Assembly: GCF_006345805.1 (NCBI RefSeq)
Contig: NC_043011.1
Span: 3,100,001 to 3,164,000, forward strand
Direction of reading: 5' to 3'
From: Octopus sinensis
Taxonomy: Eukaryota
DNA length: 64,000 bases
In this document: positions 12,733 to 25,879 of the stretch, piece after piece
Numbering within the stretch: the stretch's first letter is position 1
How the letters are laid out: each line of letters opens with the position of its first letter
The notes under the pieces: model-generated
What the model was told of the DNA's origin: nothing
What the model saw: only the letters and a program-made list of their open reading frames with translations
The model's database searches: none
Position numbers and translations under genes: made by a program

Positions 12733-13132
12733 ACTCTTTTATTTGTTTCAGTCATTTAACTGCGGCCATGCTGGAGCACCACCTTTAGTTGAGCAACTCA
12801 ACCCTGGGACTTATTCTTTGTAAGCCCAGTACTTATTCTATCGGTCTCTTTTGCCGAGCCGCTAAGTGACGGGGACATAAACACACCAGCATCGGTTGTC
12901 AAGCAATGCTAGGGGAACAAACACAGACACACAAACATATACACACACATACATATATATATATACATATATACGACGGGTTTCTTTCAGTTTCCGTCTA
13001 CCAAATCCACTCACAAGGCATTGGTCGGCCCGGGGCTATAGCAGAAGACACTTGCCCAAGATGCCACAGAGTGGGACTGAACCTGGGACCATGTTGTTGG
13101 TAAGCAAGCTACTTACCACACAGCCACACCTT
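12733..13132 (-). mobile_element. SINE family A
   Basis: Near full-length reverse copy. Confidence 0.92.
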
Positions 13133-14492
13133 GTATTTTTCTTTTTCTTTGTTAATGGCATTGATAATAGAAATGAAGAGAAAGAGTTAATACGTTCAGG
13201 ATTTGAAAGTTGGTCACAAACAGATCAGCTGTATTACACTTGTATGTATAATACATCAAACTATTTGCCTCAAAGCACCTATCAAGCACAAAACAAAATT
13301 TTAATGAAACAGTATAACTGATCAAATGAATTTCAGAATATTACTGGTATTTTTTTTTATTGACTCTTAATATCAAAGATAGGTCAACTCTTCAAATTTT
13401 AGTTAAGAGTTTAGCATATCTTCTCAGAACATCCAAAGATCAGACCAAATACTTGAGGTGTGTCATATCTCTCAGTACACTTCCCCAAGCTTATTAAATA
13501 TATTGGTTTCTTACACTGAGACAAAGTCCCAAATTTATAGGGAAAAGTAAATTCGATGATATAGAGCACAGCATATAAATGGTATTTATTTCATTGATCT
13601 CAGTGGGATGAAACTTAATAATTACCAAAAGCATTTCTAAATTCTTGTGCATATTACTTCAATGGTATTCAATACTAACTTCTTTGATTTTTAAATTAAT
13701 GGTTTTTACAGTTTCCTTGGCATCTATTTCTGAATTAAGCCTTTTTATGCTTCAAGATGGTGTATTTCAATGTGTGTAGTTTACATTTCCATGATGTCAT
13801 TAGTTCTGTATGCATAATAAATTGGTTAAGAAGTCAATCTTATTAGCAAAGCATTCTCACCATCTAAAAATACATAGACATCTTACTTATTTTCAAAGCC
13901 ATTGACTATCATTACAAGATACATGAGAGAAAGTATTAATTCTAGTTTTAAATTGAGTTTCACATAGATTGTCTTCAATTACTGCCATATTTCCCTATCT
14001 TTTCCAATGAAAATATTAATCTTACTTGAAGATAAGTATAGTGGAAGGAACATGATGATTTTAACTTTGAAGTAGTCGTATTCCTATAAATTTCATCTTA
14101 TCTGTCTCACAAGCCTACTTGATGATAATACGAAGAAGTAAGTCGTGTTTGTAAATTCAATTTTTAACCTGATACATTACCATTGTCACTATCAGCTCTA
14201 TTACTGCTCTTATCATCTACAGCACCAACAGACCATTGTTGCTGGCATCGTTATCATCATCATCATCATCATCATTGAAATGAAGACAAAAATCTTGGTG
14301 GACATGTTCAATGCTTTGTTGAACAAAATTGTATGGTTTCAGTTTGGTTTTATATAGTGTAGTTTGACAATTTTCCTGTGCAACATGACAATAGATAAGT
14401 TATTTGGTCAACAAAATAGAATGAATGAGTATTACTTGATACTACTGTTTCCACTTCTAAATTGGGAAACCCTATGCAAACATACAAATTAA

Positions 14493-14710
14493 CATTAATA
14501 CTGGTTTCAAATTTTGGCACAAGACCAGCAATTACAGGGGATGGGGTAACTTGATTACATTGACCCTAGTGCTCAACTGGTGCTTATTTTATCAACTCTG
14601 AAAGAATGAAAGGCAAAGCTGACACCAGCAGCGTTTGAACTCAGAATGTAAAGTTGCAAGAAATGCCAGAAAGCGTTTTGTCTGGTGTGCTAACAATTCT
14701 ACCAGATTCA
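14493..14710 (-). mobile_element. SINE family C
   Basis: Aligns to 62447-62678. Confidence 0.75.
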
Positions 14711-14739
14711 GAGCCTTCAAATTAACAATTATAATACAG

Positions 14740-14878
14740 TCATTATCATATTACCATCGTTATTAACCACCTCCTCCTCCTCATCACCACCACCACCACC
14801 ACCAATACCACCACCAATACCATCACCACCAACACCACCAACACCAATACCACCACCACCACCAACAACAACACCACT

Positions 14879-14910
<32 letters not shown>

Positions 14911-15015
14911 CACCACTACCACCACCACCACTACCACCAATACCATCACCACCAATACCACCACCACCACCACCATCATCATCTGAATCATCATCAGAAT
15001 CAGAACCATCATCAC
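14740..15015. repeat. CAC/CAA/CAT triplet mosaic
   Basis: Direct reading; source of the Gly/Val-rich ORFs. Confidence 0.95.
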
Positions 15016-15519
15016 CATCTTTTCTATGGTTTGAAATTTTGTCATGGCTCTTGTTATTTTTTTTTTCTAGCATGTCTAAGTTGATTTGATACTAATGTCT
15101 CTACACGACTTCTATTCATTACATTTCCCAAACTCTTGGTACATGAAACAAAACAAAACTTTATAAAATATTTTATTCAAGAATGTACTCTTACTGTCTT
15201 TTAAACTGAATTTTTATTTTAATGGAAAATTCATTCACAGACTGCATCGAAACTTATATTGTAGTTTTGGAGTTACTGTGATGTTATGGACTTCAAAAAT
15301 TCTTTATTTTTTAAATGTATGTATTGGCACTGTGCTTGCAATTAATTTCTCATTATTTCAAATTTATTATTTTGGTACTCTGCAAAATATGTTCTGTTGT
15401 ATTTCAAAAAGATTCTCACAGTGATATGCTTTGATTAGTTTATTATCTGGCTTGTAGTTAAATTTTGAATCACTAATTTTGTTCTAATTTTTGGAATATT
15501 AGGAAAATTATGTTACACT

Positions 15520-15826
15520 GGAGGCGCATTGGCCCAGTGGTTAGGGCAGGGGACTCGCGGTCGTAGGATCGCGGTTTCGATTCCCAGACCAGGCGTTGTG
15601 TGTGTTTATTGAGCGAAAACACTTAAAAAGCTCCATGACGCTCCGGCAGGGGGTGGTGATCCCTGCTTTACTCTTTCATCACTTCTTCTCTCACTCTTTC
15701 GTCTGTTGGCCTGCTCGCTTAGCCAGCGGGGTGGCATCATTGAAGGCTAAAACAATGCGAAGGGCATTGTGACCAGCGATGTGTAGCAACATCTGATGGT
15801 CTGGTCGGTCACGTGATCACGTGATG
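15520..15826 (+). mobile_element. SINE family B2 (B head, alternative tail)
   Basis: Head as 56060 (A box TGGCCCAGTGG, B box GGTTTCGATTCC); tail matches the reverse of 44112-44250. Confidence 0.9.
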
Positions 15827-17106
15827 TTACACCATGTCAGTCATGACAATGAATTCATTCTTTATAAGAATTTATTTCTATTTTCACTCGAAGACAATTT
15901 GTGAGTTATAAGCCTTTGAAACAAGTGTAGATTTGTGATCAGTGTTAAAATCTTAATCAGATCTACGAAAGTTGGGACTCATAAAAGAAAGTATACACAA
16001 TAAAGTTGCAAAGGAGAAGGGGAAACTTGCGCTCACATGATAAATTTAGATGTTAAAGCAATCGAGAAGATAGTGGTGCAGTCATCAAAGCTCATTTAAA
16101 AAGTTTTAAACATCATATGTTTAGTATAACTTCCTTTTCAATTGATAATAGAAGGAAATATTTATCAGAGATAGGTTAGAAAAAACAATTTCTTTTTAAT
16201 GTTTGGTACCAATGTATAGCCAATATTTTATATTAGCAGTTTTATTGAATATTTAATGCAAAAGTTTATATCACCTGTTCCATTGTATATTTGGTGTAAG
16301 AAGTTTATATCACTTATTCTGTTTGATATTTGCTGCAATGAATTGTATTGACTGTGCTATTGGTTATCTGCTTAACACTAAAAGGCAGGGACAGAAAATG
16401 AGATGATAATGAGTCTGCGATTAACAGAGACATCTTTCCTGAATCCATTTTTTCTGTAATTGATTGAAACTTTCAAATTCTGTGGAATTTAATGGTAGCT
16501 GTATTAATGATCATACTTCAATCGCAGATGTAATTTGTGTGCTATTGAAATCAGATAATCTCCATTTTAAGGTTTCTTGAGTTATTAAATAACTCCTTTT
16601 TGCACTGGACCTATGCCAAACTATAATTGGAAAAACTAAAATGATCCAGCTGTTAGTAGTACATCTAAAGAGACTAAATCAATGAATAATTCCATGCCCC
16701 CGTAACCCTTTTGAACTGCTGAACTTTATGACACACATATTGATATTTTGGATATAGAATGCATTTTGTATTCTATGTTTATAATTCTTTTATATGACAG
16801 GATTAAGAATTATCAGTTTAAATGATTTCCCTCAATATGTATGTAAAGAATTCACAACTTCCAGCTGTTTCTGGTTGAATTGTTGTTTTTCATTTCTTAA
16901 AATTTTTAAATATTGTATTAAGGACAATTGTCTTTCTGTACATACAGTCAAGATTTCAGCAACACCACTCAGTACAGCTAAAATTGTTGTTGCTTTGCCT
17001 TTTTATCCTTTCGGAGTTGATAAAATAAAGTAAAAGTCATGTAGTGGAGGTAATGTAATGGGCTTAAACTCTCTCCCTAAATCTGATGGCCTTGTGCAAA
17101 AATTAA

Positions 17107-17112
17107 AAAGAA

Positions 17113-17150
<38 letters not shown>

Positions 17151-17220
17151 TTCTGCTGCTGCTGCCGCTTCTACTACTACTACTACTACTACTATACTTA
17201 TTATTATTATTATTATTATC
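17107..17220. repeat. Compound triplet microsatellite (ACT/GCT/TAT)
   Basis: Direct reading. Confidence 0.95.
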
Positions 17221-17223
17221 ATA

Positions 17224-17630
17224 AAAGGCAGCAATTAGGCTGGAGTATTTGAATGTCCAATAGAAGAATGCTTTGCAGTATTTGTATTGAATCTCTCAAC
17301 CCTTCATCAGGTTCAAACCCTGCTGAGGTTGACTTTTCCTTTCATCCTTTTGGCTTAAGTTAAATAAAAAAAAAAAACAATCAAGAACTGGGGTTGATAA
17401 AATCAAGTAAACCTTCCCTCACTCCTAAAATTTGCTTGCTGAAATTAGAAACAATTATTAGAGTGATAGATCTTCCGCTCTTTATGTTGTTCTGTATTCA
17501 GATGCTGCCAAGGTTGACTTAGCCTTCCATTCTTTCAGGTTTGATAAAATAAGTACCAATTGTGCAGTGGGGTTGATGTAATCAACTATCACCACAAAAA
17601 GTCACTGGCCAAAATTAGAAAGAATTATTA
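17224..17630 (+). mobile_element. SINE family C, two diverged copies
   Basis: gaggttgactttt.ctttcatcc...gataaaataagtacc. Confidence 0.65.
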
Positions 17631-18085
17631 TTATTGTCGTTGTTGTTCTTGCTGCTGTTTTTGACACACTCAACTTGCTAAAAGTGTCATTAATCTACCA
17701 GCTATTCATTTCTCATGAATCAAGGTGGTATATTCTTTACAAGCCTCAAGGGCCTTGTGGAAACTCCTTACACTAATAAGCAATGCTGTTTTCTGGATGT
17801 GCTCTATTTTCATTTTTATACCTATTTTCCCTTACTATACCTATGGCATCTTCAATTATTAACATAATAAACACTTTTTCATGGACCATCACATTTTGAT
17901 TTCTACCTTCAGAGTTCCAGATCTTGCCAGTTTTTCTCTTTCTTTTTTTATGATTCTGTCATTGGCCTGAGAACGAAATTTGCTAAATGGGTACAAACCC
18001 AGGTCCCAAACTTTTAACAGAAAATGTGAATTTTTTTCAATATTAATATTAAAACAAATGCAGGTATAACGATAAATTTTATTGT

Positions 18086-18560
18086 TATGGGGGTTGGCTG
18101 AAATATTCATAGACTGAGCAAGACACTCTCATGGAATGTGACCAAATGAAGTTCATTTTTTAATATAGTTGCCCTTACTGTCCACACATTTCCATTAGTG
18201 TTGCAATGCTTGGCGAGCATTGATGAAGAAGCTATCCTGTTGGCCAAAAAAGTCATCAACAGCAGATAAGATGTCATTACCACAGCTATACTGGCACCCA
18301 GCCAGGTGTTTTTTCATTTTGGGAAATAGACGATAGTCAGATGGAACCAAATCACTAAAACAGGGAGGGTGATTAACCAGTTCAAAGCCAGTCACACACA
18401 GCAGCCAGTGAAACCAAGGACTTGTTTTGCTGAAGCATTTGTCCTAATGAAACAAAACCTCCTTCATCAGTTTTTCTAGGCATTTGGTCTTAATAGTCTT
18501 TTGTAACTGCCCCAGCAAGTTGGCATAGAACTCCCATTGATGGTGTGATCATTTTCAAGT
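18086..18560 (-). mobile_element. Mariner transposase C-terminal remnant with one decayed TIR
   Basis: HPPCFSDLVPSDYRLFPKMKKHLAG matches the YSPDLAPSDYHLF motif; tatgggggttggctgaaa at 18086 is TIR-like. Confidence 0.85.
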
Positions 18561-18739
18561 GGTTATGGTAGTAGCATGGTAATGATGATGATGATGATGA
18601 TGATGATAATGGGTCAGTTGTGGTATTCAGAGAAAATCAAGAGAGTATATATCTCCACAGTGAATGGCTTTTCATTGTGAACTTTAATAGGTCATCAGTT
18701 GGGCTAATTCTAAGGAGTGGCCATGTTGTTGTTGTTGTT

Positions 18740-19068
18740 GTTGCTACTCCTGTGCTGGTGGCATGTACAAAGCACCATCCAAACAAAGCCAGTGCCAGTG
18801 TCCTCTGACTGGCTCTCATGCTGGTGGCACATGAAAAGCACTATTTGAACGTGGCCAGTGCCAGGCCCACCTGACTGGTTCCTGTGCTGGTGGCATGTAA
18901 AAAGCACCCACTACACTCTTGGAGTGGTTAGTGTTAGGAAGGGCATCAAACTATAGAAACATCACCAGATCAGACTGGAGCCTGATGCAGCCACTGGTTT
19001 TCCAGACCTCAGTCAAACCATCAAACCCATGCCATGGAAGACGGACGTTAAATGGTGATGATGATGAT
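18740..19068 (+). mobile_element. RTE LINE 3' end copy
   Basis: Matches 58670-59040, ending in (GAT)n. Confidence 0.88.
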
Positions 19069-19232
19069 GGTATATATATATGTATATATATATATATAAG
19101 AGATAATGGTGTCATTGAGACTGAAAGGTGTGAGGTAATGCCGAATAAGTGCTATAGACAAACCATAGTTAAGTTCCAGATTTGGTAATATTGCAAATAA
19201 GGTGTTCAACATTGGTTCTATGTCAGTGTGTG

Positions 19233-19503
19233 TATATATGAATTTTTTGTGTAATGAGATAAAAAAACCAAGGCTGTATAGATATTAGAACATTTATAGA
19301 TAGAAGGTCTTACAGCTGTTTCTAAAATATTAATTAATAATAATATGCCCCTATGACTTAACATTTCCTCTCACACCGTCTCTGATAAGGAGATATTATC
19401 AATTAATATTCTAGAAACAGCTGTAAGACCTTCTATCTATAAATGCTCTAATATCTATACAGCCTTGGTTTTTTTATCTCATTACACAAAAAATTCATAT
19501 ATA
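19233..19503. mobile_element. Foldback (103-bp arms) Penelope-LTR/retrozyme-like fragment
   Basis: 19233-19335 is the reverse complement of 19401-19503 with 2 mismatches; flanked by TA repeats; contains a hammerhead motif. Confidence 0.85.
19378..19429 (+). ncRNA. Type I hammerhead ribozyme motif, probably inactivated (CUGAUAA)
   Basis: GTCT-CTGATAA-[stem II]-GAA-ACAGCTGT-A-AGAC; stem I GTCT/AGAC, palindromic stem III. Confidence 0.65.
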
Positions 19504-19902
19504 TATATACTTTTAATTTTGATGTTGATGATGCATTAGCTCAGTGGTATATCTTTCTAGAAAATTCCCTTCGGAATTTTATAACTAGTTTCATCAGTAA
19601 ACGTTTTGGACTTTTTAATATTTATTTCTGTCCTTTGCTCTTGAGAAGACACCTAACTTCAAGTAACTTTCTCGAGATCAATTTTTAGACACTATTTTCT
19701 AAACTTGGCAAAGTATGTTGGGGGTGAAAATTTGGAGTTTGCACCCACAAAAACTTTAGTGGGTGCAACTGTACCACCTGCACTCCATGTTCCCAGGCCC
19801 TTGGATTCTGTTGTTCCTTTGGCACATGTTGTTTATGATAAGGGATTACTTTTCTCCCTTGTCTACCAGCACATTATTAGGTTTCCAATGTTTTGATTCT
19901 AT

Positions 19903-20310
19903 ACTCTTTACTCTTTTACTTGTTTCAGTCATTTGACTGTGACCATGCTGGAGCACCGCCTTTAGTCGAGCAAATCGACCTCAGGACTTATTCTTTGTAA
20001 GCCCAGTACTTATTCTATCGGTCTCTTTTGCCGAACCGCTAAGTGGCGGGGACGTAAACACACCAGCATTGGTTGTCGAGCAATGCTAGGGGGACAAACA
20101 CAGGCACACAAACATATACACACACACTTATCTATATATACATATATACGACAGGCTTCTTTCAGTTTCCATCTACCAAATACACTCACAAGGCATTGGT
20201 CGGCCCGGGACTATAGCAGAAGACACTTGCCCAAGATGCCACGCAGTGGGACTGAACCCGGAACCATGTGGCTGGTTAGCAAGCTACTTACGACACAGCC
20301 ACTCCTGCAC
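19903..20310 (-). mobile_element. SINE family A
   Basis: Full-length reverse copy. Confidence 0.92.
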
Positions 20311-20359
20311 CTATCATCACACTAGATTATAAAATATCAAAATATTTTTGCTGTGTCAT

Positions 20360-20700
20360 TTTCTGCTAAACCCTTGCACTCATGTTCCTACCCCTTTCTT
20401 GCATAAACTTGTTACATAGTTCCCAGCAAATAAGTCTGACATTGTCATGCCTTCTCTTGTATTCTCCCTGGGCCACCTTGCTGCATTTACTTAGAATATG
20501 TCACACTTTCTCTCCAGTTTCACAATTCATTCTGTATTTGTGAGATTCTGAGGAGTGGTCAATGATTCTGTGCTTGATGTAGTTTGTTCTCAACACTGGT
20601 TCTTGTGCTGTGAATATCAAGGCCTCTGCTTGAGGTTTCAGGTCATTTTTTTGTAATCAAATCTGAATCTGTATCCCTGAGTATCTCTCTCAAGAACTGG
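20360..20700 (-). mobile_element. R4-clade LINE fragment (CCHC zinc-knuckle region)
   Basis: Minus translation approx. KNDLKPQAEALIFTAQEPVLRTNYIK...GEKV*HILSKCSKVAQGEYKRRHDNV. Confidence 0.75.
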
Positions 20701-20789
20701 CCATGCATCTCCTTATCTTTCCATTTGTTTTCTCTCTTACTTTCTGCCCATTTATATACGTATGTAAATACGTCTGCGCATGCACGTGT

Positions 20790-21110
20790 GTTTGTGTGTG
20801 TACCCTTGTTTTGATATCAGGTGATGTCTCTAAGTGAGTTTCACCATCATATAAGCAATGTCATTCATTTCTAGTTTTATGTGAAAAACATTTCTGGCCA
20901 TGAGGAAAATATTACTTTGCCTTGAAACAGGTGAGAAAGGGCTTCCAACTGTAGAAAATCTGCTTCAACAAATTCCATATGCGGTATGCAAGCATTGAAA
21001 AGTGGATGTTAAACGATGATGATGGTGGTGGTGGTGACGATGATAATGATGATGATGATGAGGGCAACGATGATGATGATGATGTTGATAATGATGATGA
21101 TGATGATGAT
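20790..21110 (+). mobile_element. Retroposon with RTE-like 3' terminus and (GAT)n tail
   Basis: atgcaagcattgaaaagtggatgttaaacgatgat matches the RTE end atgctagcatggaaaacggacgctaaacgatgat; the body differs. Confidence 0.6.
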
Positions 21111-22429
21111 GGTTTATTGGCCTATACCTTAACATTTATCCGTATCCTTTGTTTAACCTCAAAAATCTATACTTCTAAAACAGGCTTCAATATTCCATTG
21201 AAAGAACAAACATATGGGGCGGTATTTGTCAATACCAATTTTCAAAAGTTGGAATACGAAAATGACTTGAAGAGGATTTCAATTCAAAATGAAGGAACAA
21301 AAGCAAATATCAGTAATATTTATTGTTCTTCTTCAATATTCAGAGCACTGAATACATGCACTGCTCAACTAACATGATGCTCTGTTGTAATTGGACAGTT
21401 GGAATTGGATCAGTATTGTATATTTCTGCCAACTTGTTACCAGTTTCAACATATCATGAGAATAACATCCAGTTAAGAACAATCTCTACTAATTGACTTA
21501 ATACTAGTTTATGGCTATAAACTAGTATTAAAACAACATAATCTATTTTAATTTTCAGCAGACTTTTGACTAAATTGAAGATGGAATAATGTTTGTCCTT
21601 GATTTTTCAATTACAGTTCCTTATATTTGTATTTGTTTAATGAGAGAAAGATACATAATAAGAAAGAAATTTATCGTTCAGTCTTGATAGATTCAATTGT
21701 AATCTCTTAATTCCCATATTATTAAATCTCATTGTGACAACTAAATTTGGCAAGTAAACAAATCTTCAAATTGTTAATGTTAATTAAGAAGACAAAAATC
21801 ACCCAAGGTTAGAAGGTTACGTGTGAAACATCTATTAAGCAATATCACAGGATATGAACAATCTTACATAAACTTGCTAAGATGATAAATATATTTGCTA
21901 GAAATAAGATGTGTTGACGGTTTATTTTAAGATATTGTAGGTGGTGTAAGCTGGGGAAAGGAAATGTTGAAGTCCACTGAGTATTTAGGCTTGTCATTTC
22001 ATAGATTCTGACCTGTAATTTCACTGGCAGTATAGACAAATAGAATTTCATCAGTTATCATCCTCATCATCATTATCATCATCACCACCACTAGCATCAT
22101 TGTCACTAACACACCACCAGTATCACTGCTATCACCACCATCACTGCTACCAATGCTGTCACCATCGTCACTTCCACAACTGCCATCACTGCCACCATAG
22201 ATCTACTCAATCAGAACTAAAATTTAGATGTACCAAAACAACAACAAGTTATAAAAATAACACAATGAGAACCCACTGTGTACTCTGAGAACAACAGAAG
22301 TACAGGAACACAAAACACTGCATAAGTGTCAAAACACTTGGAGCTGTACTCATTTGATCAATAAAAGACAAGAACAATATGACAAATACAATGATGAAAA
22401 TTAAAATAATGTTTCTAACATAAGCACTA

Positions 22430-22778
22430 GGCTTGAAATTTGAGGGAGGAAATTAGTCAATAAAATTGATCCATGTTTGGCTGGTAATTTATTTTATCAA
22501 CCCTGGAGAAATGAAAGAGGAAATGGCCCCGGCAGGATTTGAATACTGCAAGACATTTTGTTAAATGCTCTGTTGCCAGTACCGCCTGACGGTGGCACAT
22601 AAAAAGCACCCACTACACTCTCGGAGTGGTTGGCGTTAGGAAGGGCATCCAGCTGTAGAAACTTTGCCAAATCAAGATTGGAGCCTGGTGCAGCCATCTG
22701 GTTTGCCAGCCCTCAGTCAAAATCGTCCAGCCCATGCTAGCATGGAAAGCGGACGTTAAATGATGATGATGATGATTC
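22430..22778. mobile_element. Decayed SINE C (-) followed by RTE 3' end (+, 22575-22778)
   Basis: Similarity to the other copies. Confidence 0.75.
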
Positions 22779-22839
22779 TGCCAAACTAATGATGATAATA
22801 ATAATAATAATAATAATGATGATGATGATGATGATGATG

Positions 22840-22873
<34 letters not shown>

Positions 22874-22875
22874 TG

Positions 22876-22907
<32 letters not shown>

Positions 22908-22913
22908 AATAAT

Positions 22914-25009
22914 TGCCTTTCCACAACAACAAAAGGGGTGCTGCAAAGGATCATATGGCTGTAAAGATCAGCTACTGATCAATAAAGTCATAACTGAAGA
23001 CAGCTGCAGAAAGAAGAAGAGTCTAAGTATGGCTTAGATTGATTGCAGAATGGCTTATGATAAAATTCCCAATACATGGATCTTAGAAACACTAGCCATG
23101 AACAAGGTAGCACCAATAATCATAAAATGTATAAAACATTCCCTGAATAAATGGTGGACAGTGCTACAGCTCCAGACAAAGGAAGGACTCATAAAAACAA
23201 AGCCATCCCCATTAGAAGAGGAATATTCCAGGGAGACACACTCTCTCCACTCCTTTTTCTGCTTGACACTGATACCTTTATCTGATATGCTAATCAGAAC
23301 TGGATGTGGATGCAACTGTTATGGCAAAACAATAAGCCACCTCTTAGTATGATCTAAAACTGTACTCTACAAATGATAAAGAGCTAGAAACATTATTAGA
23401 GAAAGTACATGGATTTGCCAGAGAAATAAATATGAGATTTGGGTTACAAAAAATGTGCCAAATCAACTGTGAAATGAGGAAATCTAGTTAAGATTCAATT
23501 GTAATCTCTTAATTCCCATATTATTAAATCTCATTGTGACAACTAAATTTGGCAAGTAAACAAATCTTCAAATTGCTAATGTTAATTAAGAAGACAAAAA
23601 TCACTAGATAAAGCAAATGAAATAAGAGAATTAGACCAAAGCAGGACATACAAATACTTCGGAATCAATGAACTTGATACAATACAACACACACAAATGA
23701 AAGAGAATATAAGAAAAGAATACTATAGATGAGTTAAATTAATACTGAAAACATAACTCAATGCAAAAAACAAGATAATAGGTATCAACATACTAGCCAT
23801 AAAACAAGAAAAATAATAATAGGATTTAGAATGTGCCACCAAAAATCTGACATAGAAAGGTTATATATACAACATATGGGAGGTGGTAGAGGCCTTATAC
23901 AGCTAGAAAGCTATTACAAAATAAGCACCATGGGACTACAGAAATACCTACTTTAGAAGCAAGGAAAACTAATACAAATAGCTACATAACCCGAACAAAA
24001 CAAAAAAACAGTTTTCAGTTTTTAAGGAAGCTGACAAATACAAAAAAGAAGTCATAGTACCCGACAACTATGAAGAAATAGAAGAAACAAACAAAAGCTG
24101 TAAAAACAACTGAAATCCAAACTAAAACTGGAGCAGCAATGGATCATGATGAAGCAATGGCAAGAAAAGCCCCTTCAAGGAAAATCCTGGGTTGAATTAA
24201 ACAGAAAAGTAATAGACAAAGCAAAATTCCAATAATGGTTGAAAAGCAGACTGAAGGATTTTTAATGGCAGCAAAAGACCAAAGCCTTCCCACCAAGAAT
24301 TAACAAAAATGTATAATGAAATGAAATACAAGTAACTTCAGAATATGTAGAGATGGATAAGAAACAATAAATTATATTGTCTCTGGCTGTCCAGTCCTGG
24401 CTAAGAAGAAATATATTCACAGACACGACAGAGTTGGGATCTATATACACTGGAAGCTATGCCAACACTATGAAATAACAGAAAAGAGATGGTATAGGCA
24501 CACAACAGTAAAGGTCACAGAAAATGAGAAAGCAACCATACACTGGGATATGCTAATACACACAGATAGAGAAATTAAGGCCATAAGCTGGATATAGTTG
24601 TCAGAGGTCGTCAAGAAAAAGGAAAGCTTTCTAATTGATGTATCAATACCAGCAGATGACAACGTTTCTCAAAAACAAATGAAGAAACTTTCAAGATACA
24701 AAGATCTAGAAATGGAGATAACTCGAATGTGGAGTCTAAACAGAAACAATTCTTGTCATAGTAGGCAGTTTAGGTATGATAAAAACTATTCAGACAAATG
24801 CAGAACAAAAACATCAGGACTAACAAGTATATATATCATACAGAACATAGCACTACTAGGCACCACATACATCCTACGTAAAACACTTTCAATACAGTAA
24901 AAATAAGAGCATCACAACAAACCACAGCACATACCCAAAGCACAGAGAGCTGCACTCGGTAGTGAAGTGAAAGCAAGTTATAAAAATAAGACTACTGAAT
25001 AATAATAAT

Positions 25010-25040
<31 letters not shown>
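22914..25040 (+). mobile_element. 5'-truncated R4/Dong-like LINE (RT, CCHC, REL endonuclease), pseudogenised, flanked by (AAT)n
   Basis: QKGCCKGSYGCKDQLLINK, AYDKIPNTW, RGIFQGDTLSPLLFC (frameshifted), HRHDRVG, FLIDVSIPAD, KLSRYKDLEMEI; (AAT/GAT)n at 22790-22912 and (AAT)n at 24998-25040. Confidence 0.93.
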
Positions 25041-25041
25041 T

Positions 25042-25188
25042 CTTGCTCAGAGAAATGAAAAACAAGGTCATCGCTGTATGTTTGAAGTGACTCAAACTTC
25101 TCTTGAAATCAAAACTCAAATCAAGGAACCTAGTTACTGCTTTTAACATATGGGCTGTTTCAGCCAGGTTGGTAACGAAAGGGTTAAA
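25042..25188. mobile_element. One end of a piggyBac-type MITE
   Basis: Ends in ggtaacgaaagggTTAA. Confidence 0.4.
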
Positions 25189-25879
25189 CATTGATGAGAC
25201 ACAGGAAGAAAGACCTGGACCAATTTCGCAGAGGATCTAGAAAAGCGACTGTACATAAACCAGTAAGAGCGCCTCCACAAGAAGCAATGAGAGAGCTTCT
25301 CCATGAACAAAGCAAAGAGATTCTAGATAAGCCAACTGAGAAGGTTTTATCTTGTTGCTTAATCCATTGTAGAAAGCAGCCCATCAAATCTCACCTTCCT
25401 ATTTTAAAAAAGAAAGATGCAATAATGATGCAGTTCTCAATAAACTATGCCTATAAAAGAAAGAGAGGATGGCCATGGTTGGGGTTCTATTGATCATAGG
25501 TCTGCTCAACCACGACTGACCTGAAACTATGCAGGAACAATACGTTGGATTCATCTATGATGTATGGTAGTTTACATTAATTTCATAATAAGGAGATTAC
25601 TATTATTATTATTATTATTATTATTATACAATGTATACACATGAACACTCACAAGTATGTACACACACACACATATGTAATATTTATTCATCTTCATTTG
25701 ATATACAAGATAACTGATATTATGATAACACGATTTTATTATTGTTTTCTAGTTTATTTCTCATTCATTTAAAATCCAACTGCATGATTTAATTTATCAA
25801 TCCCATTCATGTACAAGTGTATAATAGGTTTATCCATTTATAATACTCAAATGATCTGCTAATATCAAACAATTATGTA

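Noticed and set aside
17907-18010. Possible minus-strand exon WDLGLYPFSKFRSQANDRIIKKEREKLARSGTLK
   Set aside because: Weak AAG acceptor and GTAGAA donor, with no supporting neighbouring exon.
19575-19605. Minus-strand CTGATGAAACTAGT
   Set aside because: No stem II and stem I is out of register; likely chance.
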